Shown here one piece after another: positions 57,623-64,000 of a stretch of 64,000 bases of DNA. This DNA comes from Gammaproteobacteria bacterium. Its GTDB lineage: Bacteria; Pseudomonadota; Gammaproteobacteria; Eutrophobiales; Eutrophobiaceae. Made by a program: the position numbers and the translations under genes. Within the stretch, counting starts at the first letter, position 1. Each line of letters opens with the position of its first letter. The stretch spans positions 192,001 through 256,000 of the forward strand of contig CBDEUK010000002.1 in NCBI GenBank assembly GCA_965243205.1, written 5' to 3'. The notes under the pieces were generated by a model, which did not search any database, had not been told where the DNA came from, and worked only from the letters and a program-made list of their open reading frames with translations.

Positions 57623-59508
57623 GTCAGTTCCTCTTCTTCTAATGCAATATCTAACGAGGCTTGTCTTCTTGCTTTAGAAACAATCAAGCCAACAGTCAAT
57701 ACCGTTATAATTGGTCCAACTGATGCTAATGCTAAAATTCCAAAGCCACCTATAACACCTTGGATATTATCTCCTATGCCTAAACCCATTGCTAATACAA
57801 GTGGAACAGTGATCGGTCCAGTTGTTACTCCAGCACTGTCCCAAGCGAAATTCACAAACTCTTCAGTTGAAAGCAAAGTGAGGACGATCAATATTAAGTA
57901 AGGAGGAATTAAGAAATATGCTAATGGCATTTTATGTGTCAGCATGTATACACCTAAAGCAATGCCTAAACCGACTCCAATTGCGACTGACTGCATCAAA
58001 AGTTTTTTACGAAATGAGCCAATGGTAATTTGTTCAACGGTTTTTCCGAGCGCATTTAATGCTGGTTCAGCTAACGTAGCACCATAACCTAGAAGAAAAC
58101 CAAATATAATAGCGATGAATTTACCAACAGCAGCGGATTCAAATAAAGGTTTGGCAAGCTCATTCATACCCCAAGGTGTAATGGGGGCGAATGTGCTTGG
58201 GACATTACTGCCTAATTGAGTACCCAATGGAGTAAGGCCTAATGAAATGCCTAGCATAAATAAGGTCATTCCAATTAACGAAAATATTAAACCGATTTTT
58301 AATTCGATACTGATTTTTAATTTATCAGGTAAGACTAAATACAAAGTTAAAAATAAAAATAAACATAAAGGAATAATAGCTCTTGCTGCACCTAGTAAAG
58401 CTGCTTGGATTTCATTGATAAAGCTTTTACCTGGGTCCCATTGCGTATCTTGAATGACACGGGTACGAATATCTGGGATCTTTTCAATTACTAAACGAGG
58501 GTTTTCTAAAACGATACGACCGTTTTCTAATTTTGCAGCTCCACCTTCAAATTTTAAAATATGATCTTTCGGAACAAAGCCTTGTTCAAGAAATTCTAAT
58601 AACTCTTCATTGGTAAAACTTTCTTTAGGTGATTCATTGGTGTGAATTTGTTTATTAGGAGTATTGTTCTCATGAAGAAGTGGTTTTTTATGATAATTCT
58701 CAGCGCCGAAATAATCTTTATTGGCGTAATGAAACAATCCAAGCAGCAATACAACTAAAATTGGCATTAAAGAAGCTAATGTAACAATCCCAAAACCAGC
58801 GTTGTTGCTATTATCATCTCCAACAATGCGACAAACGCCGATGCCTAGTGCAAGTACTAATGGAACAGTGACTGGGCCAGTCGTCACAGCACCACAATCC
58901 CAAGCTAATGCTAAAATAGGTTCTAGGATAGGATCACTATGCATATAAACTGATAGGCTAATGAGCATCAAAACAATTGGTAATAACATGGTTTTCAATG
59001 ACCAACCATAAAAGAAGCGAAGTATCCCCAACATCACAGCGATACCAACTCCAATTCCCACAGCAAATACTAATTGTTCTGAAAAGTCATTTAACATGCT
59101 ATAGAGCAGTGGAGCTTGATTAGGTCCAACGCCCATACCAGCTTTACGCAAAACACCAATTGCAGGTTCTGCGAAGGTGACACCGATGCCCAAAAAGAAA
59201 CTGAATAATAAAATAATACTTAATGAGGTATTTCGTGGCAAAACTGCTCCAATAGTTTCACCAAGTGGCATGAGTCCCAATCGCAGGCCTTCCATAAAAA
59301 ACATTAAGCCAATAATGACGATAAATAATCCAATTCCAATCATTGCAGCGTATACAATTGGTAAATTAAGAATGAGCAATTGGAATAGCATCAAATAGAG
59401 AATAATGAACCAGACATTACGAAACTGCTCTAAAAAGTTTTCCCTGACGTAAGGCATCAGGATTTTAAGTGTGTCGCTGAGGCCAAGTTTTAAATTGTAG
59501 TTAGACAT
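57619..59508 (-). CDS. DUF1538-family membrane protein, two domains fused
   Basis: Duplicated motifs GL.LGL.PLG, T(F/L)AEPA, AWD(C/S)(G/A).VTTGP(V/I)TVPLVLA, GFGI..LAS. Confidence 0.85.
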   Translation of the reverse strand: MSNYNLKLGLSDTLKILMPYVRENFLEQFRNVWFIILYLMLFQLLILNLPIVYAAMIGIGLFIVIIGLMFFMEGLRLGLMPLGETIGAVLPRNTSLSIILLFSFFLGIGVTFAEPAIGVLRKAGMGVGPNQAPLLYSMLNDFSEQLVFAVGIGVGIAVMLGILRFFYGWSLKTMLLPIVLMLISLSVYMHSDPILEPILALAWDCGAVTTGPVTVPLVLALGIGVCRIVGDDNSNNAGFGIVTLASLMPILVVLLLGLFHYANKDYFGAENYHKKPLLHENNTPNKQIHTNESPKESFTNEELLEFLEQGFVPKDHILKFEGGAAKLENGRIVLENPRLVIEKIPDIRTRVIQDTQWDPGKSFINEIQAALLGAARAIIPLCLFLFLTLYLVLPDKLKISIELKIGLIFSLIGMTLFMLGISLGLTPLGTQLGSNVPSTFAPITPWGMNELAKPLFESAAVGKFIAIIFGFLLGYGATLAEPALNALGKTVEQITIGSFRKKLLMQSVAIGVGLGIALGVYMLTHKMPLAYFLIPPYLILIVLTLLSTEEFVNFAWDSAGVTTGPITVPLVLAMGLGIGDNIQGVIGGFGILALASVGPIITVLTVGLIVSKARRQASLDIALEEEELT

Positions 59509-59665
59509 CAATTTAGGAATCGTTTTATTTAATTATTGAATTGATTAGCAATATTTAAGTCGTTATTATCTATTTATCGTATTTTTCTCTAAATACTTGA
59601 AAAAACTCAGTGTATTCATACTATGATACACAAATATTATTACCTAAACGTTATTTTCTATCCCT

Positions 59666-60607
59666 ATGAATGTTCAAAAAACACCCATTGTTGTCGCAGC
59701 CTTATATCAATTTTGTGAGTTAAAAGACTTCCATGAAATTCGTGAGCCGTTACTAGATTTTTGTATCGGCCAAAATTTAAAAGGGACATTATTACTTGCA
59801 GAAGAAGGTATAAATGGCACGGTGGCTGGATCACGACAGGGTATTACAGCTTTAAGAGAACATTTAGAACGAGAATTAGGGTTTGATAATTTAGAATATA
59901 AAGAGTCATTTTATAAGGAACCTCCATTTCATCGTATGAAAGTCAAACTCAAAAAGGAAATTGTCACATTAGGTATTCCTGATGTAAGCCCCCATAAATT
60001 TAGTGGAACTCGCGTTACAGGAAAAGAGTGGAATAAAGTGATTTCTGATCCCGAAACGGTAGTTATCGATACGCGGAATCAATATGAAGTCGATATAGGT
60101 AGTTTTCAAAATGCAGTTTCTCCAGAGACTGAAACGTTTCGAGAATTTCCAAAATACATAGAAGAAAACTTAGATCCTAAGCAACATAAAAAAGTCGCGA
60201 TGTTTTGTACTGGTGGTATACGTTGTGAAAAAGCATCAGCCTATATGCTGAGTCAAGGTTTTGAAGAGGTATATCAACTTGATGGCGGCATTCTAAAATA
60301 TCTTGAAGATGTGAATAAAACTAATGATGAAAATTTATGGGAAGGCGATTGCTTTGTTTTCGATTCAAGAGTAGCTGTAGATAAAAAATTAAACAAAGGA
60401 AAATACGATCAATGCTTTGCTTGCAGAAGACCTATCACTGAAGAAGATATGTTATCACCAAAATATGAACAAGGTGTTTCCTGTCCAAATTGTTATGATA
60501 AAACTGATGAACAACAACGTAGTCGTTTTGCTGAGCGACAAAAGCAAGTTGAACTGGCTGAAAAACGTGGCACTTTTCATATAGGGATGAAACAAATAAA
60601 GGTATAA
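59666..60607 (+). CDS. trhO: Oxygen-dependent tRNA uridine(34) hydroxylase (rhodanese-related, YceA family)
   Basis: [50 protein letters not shown]. Confidence 0.9.
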   Translation: MNVQKTPIVVAALYQFCELKDFHEIREPLLDFCIGQNLKGTLLLAEEGINGTVAGSRQGITALREHLERELGFDNLEYKESFYKEPPFHRMKVKLKKEIVTLGIPDVSPHKFSGTRVTGKEWNKVISDPETVVIDTRNQYEVDIGSFQNAVSPETETFREFPKYIEENLDPKQHKKVAMFCTGGIRCEKASAYMLSQGFEEVYQLDGGILKYLEDVNKTNDENLWEGDCFVFDSRVAVDKKLNKGKYDQCFACRRPITEEDMLSPKYEQGVSCPNCYDKTDEQQRSRFAERQKQVELAEKRGTFHIGMKQIKV

Positions 60608-60610
60608 CTG

Positions 60611-61435
60611 TTATGCACTCAGTGCATATTCTGTATTTGAACGATTTATTTTACGTCGATCTTTAACCAGCTGTTCTGGTTTACCATCTTTAAATACATA
60701 AAAATCGCCTTTTTCCATTTGTTGCCAATCTTCATTTTCGGTTAATGGATTTGAAGCAACAATGCTAATCACATCCGTTTTGTCGAGATATTGTTCTAAA
60801 TTAACTTTAGTATCTGTATCAATGTAATGAGCAAATTGAAAAGGATACTCTCGAGTTAGAAAACATAATTTTTTACCACAAAATGCATACAGATATTTGG
60901 CATCACTCAGTAAAAAACTAAACACACCATGTTGCATAATGTCTTTAGAAAGATTCTCTATGAAATACCAGATTTTTTTAGGATTGCTGGGGCGTTCAGG
61001 AAATTCTTGGCGTATGCAATCTAATAAATAGCAGAAGGCATATTCGCTATCGGTTGTGCCAACTGGTTTATAAAATTCTAATGGCTTCTTTTTGATGCCT
61101 TTGAGTTGTCCATTATGGGCAAATACCCAATCGTGTCCGTATAACTCTCGAATAAAGGGGTGTGTGTTTTCTATACAAACTTTGCCACGATTTGCTTTAC
61201 GTATATGGCTGATTATGAGATGACTTTTCATTGGGTATTCTTCAACGAATTTAGCAACTTCAGAATCAACGCAAGGTTTCCAATCACGATAAGTTCTGGC
61301 AGCTTTACCAGAATATGCACCAATACCCCAACCATCGGTATGGTTGCCGGTATTACCTCCACGTTGTTTTAAAACCGCGAAACTAAAACGGATATCTGCA
61401 GGTGTATTGGCGTTCAGCCCTAATAACTCACACAT
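60611..61435 (-). CDS. Class II glutamine amidotransferase, YafJ family
   Basis: MCELLG, HTDGWGI, SHIRKAN, NTHPF.RE, FAHNGQL, GTTDSE.AFC. Confidence 0.92.
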   Translation of the reverse strand: MCELLGLNANTPADIRFSFAVLKQRGGNTGNHTDGWGIGAYSGKAARTYRDWKPCVDSEVAKFVEEYPMKSHLIISHIRKANRGKVCIENTHPFIRELYGHDWVFAHNGQLKGIKKKPLEFYKPVGTTDSEYAFCYLLDCIRQEFPERPSNPKKIWYFIENLSKDIMQHGVFSFLLSDAKYLYAFCGKKLCFLTREYPFQFAHYIDTDTKVNLEQYLDKTDVISIVASNPLTENEDWQQMEKGDFYVFKDGKPEQLVKDRRKINRSNTEYALSA

Positions 61436-61495
61436 GAATTCATCGATAATAATTATTGTAATAATTATATATCGGACGAATTCTAAAAAGGTTTA

Positions 61496-63160
61496 TTAGT
61501 TTCCGAGTTTTTTATAACGCATGCGTTTTGGTTGTGCGTCTTCACCTTTACGATTAATAAAATCTTCGTGATATTCGGTGAAATTTCCATTATGAAATAC
61601 GACTTCACCATCGTCTTCAAATGCCAGGATGTGCGTCGCGATACGATCTAGGAACCATCGATCATGCGAGATGACCATCACGCAGCCAGGGAAATTTAAA
61701 ATCGCTTCTTCAAGCGCTCGCAGTGTCTCGATATCCAAATCATTGGAAGGTTCATCCAGAAGTAAAACATTTGCCCCTTGTTTTAAGGTATTCGCTAAAT
61801 GTAAACGGCCTCGTTCACCGCCAGATAAATCACCCACACGCTTTTGTTGATCCGAACCTTTAAAGTTAAAACGGCCTACATAAGCACGTGAACTGACTTC
61901 ATAATTACCAATTGCAATATTATCTAAGCCATCTGAAATTGCCTCCCAGACATTTTTATTATCGTCCAAGTTTTCTCGGCTTTGTTCGACAAAAGCAACT
62001 TGTACCGTTTCTCCTAAAGAGATTTCACCTGAGTCGGGTTGTTCAGTACCAGCAATCATACGAAATAGGGTCGATTTACCTGCACCATTACCACCGATGA
62101 TTCCTACAACAGCGCCTTTAGGCACTATAAAACTGAGGTCAGAATACAATTCCTGTTCGCCAAAAGACTTACTGACTTTATCAAATTCAATGACTTTATC
62201 GCCTAAGCGAGAACCTACAGGGATATAGATTTCATTGGTTTCTGAACGTTGTTGAAATTCTTTCGAGTTTAATTCTTCGAAGCGTTCTAGACGTGCCTTA
62301 TTTTTAGCATGGCGACCTTTGGGGTTGCTGCGGACCCATTCTAATTCTTGCTTAATAGCTTTTTGGCGTGCAGATTCAGCTTTTTCTTCACTTTCTAATC
62401 GCGCCTCTTTGGCATTTAACCAGTCAGAATAATTACCTTCGAATGGAATACCCTCACCACGGTCGAGTTCTAAAATCCAACCGGCAACATTATCCAAGAA
62501 GTAACGATCATGAGTCACCGCGACAACGGTTCCATTAAAATCGGCTAAAAATCGTTCTAACCAAAATACCGATTCTGCATCTAAGTGGTTAGTAGGCTCA
62601 TCGAGTAATAACATATCTGGGCGAGAGAGTAGTAAACGGCATAAAGCCACTCGACGTTTTTCACCACCTGATAGGTTTTCGACTTTGGCATCCCAATCTG
62701 GAAGCCGTAAGGCATCAGCAGCGCGTTCCAAAGTATGTTCAAGGTTTTCAGCATCCCAGGCTTGAACAATACTTTCAAATTGTTCTTGTTTCTTTGCCAG
62801 AGCATCAAAATCAGCATCTTCTTCCGCATAGGCGGCATAAACTTCGTTCAATCCAGCTAAGGCATCGAGGGGTTCACGTAGACCATCTTCGACATTTTCG
62901 CGTACGGTTTTATTGGCATCGAGTTCAGGTTCTTGTGGCAGATAACCGACTTTAATATCGGGCATGGGGCGAGCTTCACCAATAATATCTTTATCGATAC
63001 CAGCCATGATTTTTAATAAGGTGGATTTACCTGCACCATTAAGACCAAGTACGCCGATCTTAGCGCCAGGAAAAAAGGATAAATAAATGTCTTTTAATAT
63101 TTGACGTTTTGGCGGGACAATTTTGCCAACGCCGTTCATGGTATAAACGTATTGAGCCAT
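61496..63160 (-). CDS. ettA: Energy-dependent translational throttle protein (ABC-F)
   Basis: MAQYVYTM..VGKIVPPKRQILK.I.LSFFPGAKIG; two ABC cassettes; ELEWVR..PKGR..K.KARL. Confidence 0.97.
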   Translation of the reverse strand: MAQYVYTMNGVGKIVPPKRQILKDIYLSFFPGAKIGVLGLNGAGKSTLLKIMAGIDKDIIGEARPMPDIKVGYLPQEPELDANKTVRENVEDGLREPLDALAGLNEVYAAYAEEDADFDALAKKQEQFESIVQAWDAENLEHTLERAADALRLPDWDAKVENLSGGEKRRVALCRLLLSRPDMLLLDEPTNHLDAESVFWLERFLADFNGTVVAVTHDRYFLDNVAGWILELDRGEGIPFEGNYSDWLNAKEARLESEEKAESARQKAIKQELEWVRSNPKGRHAKNKARLERFEELNSKEFQQRSETNEIYIPVGSRLGDKVIEFDKVSKSFGEQELYSDLSFIVPKGAVVGIIGGNGAGKSTLFRMIAGTEQPDSGEISLGETVQVAFVEQSRENLDDNKNVWEAISDGLDNIAIGNYEVSSRAYVGRFNFKGSDQQKRVGDLSGGERGRLHLANTLKQGANVLLLDEPSNDLDIETLRALEEAILNFPGCVMVISHDRWFLDRIATHILAFEDDGEVVFHNGNFTEYHEDFINRKGEDAQPKRMRYKKLGN

Positions 63161-63323
63161 TGGGATGTAATCTACTGAGTGTTAATATGGATAAATTATT
63201 TTTTAAGTATTCTATCGAATTTCAAACTAAAAAAAATCTTTATCATGCATTTTATTTAACCCGTTTGGAAAAACGAATCGTTTAAAGAGCTGTGATTCAA
63301 AAATTTGATAACTGGAGATAATC

Positions 63324-64000
63324 ATGAATGACTTAGGAGTTAAAATTGTACAAACATTCGTCACAGCATTATTCGTTGTTTGTACATCTATAGCGCAGGC
63401 TACAGATGATGAAATACTGACTAGCTTAAACGATCAAACATCCGTAGCTGTGACTATTTATAATGAAAACCTTGCATTAATTAAAGATGCTCGATCAATA
63501 ACATTAGATAATGGATTTAATAAACTCGCTTTTCGTGGTGTGAGCGCCATGATGCGCCCTGAAACAGCCTTACTACGTAGCCTTGATGGTTCTAATGGTT
63601 TTCAACTTATAGAACAAAATTTTGATTTTGATTTATTAACACCACAAAAATTGCTTGATAAGTATGTCGGCAAAGAGATCAAAATCGCTAAAATGAACCC
63701 TGCAACAGGTATTGAAACCGTCGAAACCGCTACAGTACTCAGTACTAATCAGGGAGTAGTGGTTAGAATAGCTGATCGTATTGAAACCAATCCTTCAGGT
63801 CGTTATATCTTCGATCAGTTGCCTAATAATTTACGTGATAAACCAACGTTGGTTCTACAACTGAATAATCAAAATACTAAACAACAAGATGTAGAATTGA
63901 GTTACCTCTCTGGTGGGTTATCTTGGAAAGCTGATTATGTAGCCGAGCTTAATGCTGATGATACTCAAATTGATTTAATGGGATGGGTAACATTAAACAA
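63324..64000 (+). CDS. DUF4139/DUF4140-family exported protein (3' end runs off the window edge)
   Basis: GGAG SD and ATG 63324; signal peptide; VAVTIYNENLALIKD, EQNFDFDLL...LLDKYVG, NLRDKPTL, LSYLSGGLSWKADY. Confidence 0.82.
   Translation, partial: MNDLGVKIVQTFVTALFVVCTSIAQATDDEILTSLNDQTSVAVTIYNENLALIKDARSITLDNGFNKLAFRGVSAMMRPETALLRSLDGSNGFQLIEQNFDFDLLTPQKLLDKYVGKEIKIAKMNPATGIETVETATVLSTNQGVVVRIADRIETNPSGRYIFDQLPNNLRDKPTLVLQLNNQNTKQQDVELSYLSGGLSWKADYVAELNADDTQIDLMGWVTLN

Noticed and set aside
1-64000. Many 60-96 aa ORFs antisense to or nested in long genes; also tRNA, rRNA, CRISPR and prophage
   Set aside because: The short ORFs are shadows of well-supported genes; no cloverleaf, rRNA-like, repeat-spacer or phage/integrase signatures were seen by eye

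Overview
AT-rich, gene-dense chromosomal window, probably from a gammaproteobacterial methylotroph (lineage inferred from protein styles, not verified). The centre (about 15.6-42.3 kb) is a C1-oxidation island: a lanthanide-type PQQ methanol dehydrogenase (xoxF, DYDG motif) with xoxJ, a SoxYZ-like carrier and two uncharacterised exported proteins but no adjacent cytochrome c; an fhcBADC operon running directly into a two-subunit NAD-linked formate dehydrogenase; and the H4MPT/methylofuran genes (mptG, mtdB, orfY, mch, orf5, orf7, fae, orf17, orf1, orf9, pabB, orf21). The left end is a Pil-Chp-like chemosensory operon. Its first gene is the most unusual object in the window: an ISL3-transposase-like N-terminus without zinc finger or DDE domain, fused to four about 71-aa helical repeats, followed by a FIST-like (DUF6976-like) protein. 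Nearby are candidate c-di-GMP/cNMP receptors (MshEN-cNMP, REC with dead GGDEF/EAL, PilZ-like). The right part holds nrdAB (NrdR and DnaA boxes, a structured 3' RNA and a 55-aa small ORF), an MFS-acyltransferase-acyl-ACP synthetase fusion, a phasin with PhaR-like sites, an operon of a DUF1538 tandem fusion, a triple P-II protein and a J-domain/Zn-ribbon/PilZ protein, and housekeeping genes (yaaA, trhO, yafJ-like, ettA). I saw no tRNA, rRNA, CRISPR array or intact mobile element. All family calls come from motif recognition by eye; no database searches were run.
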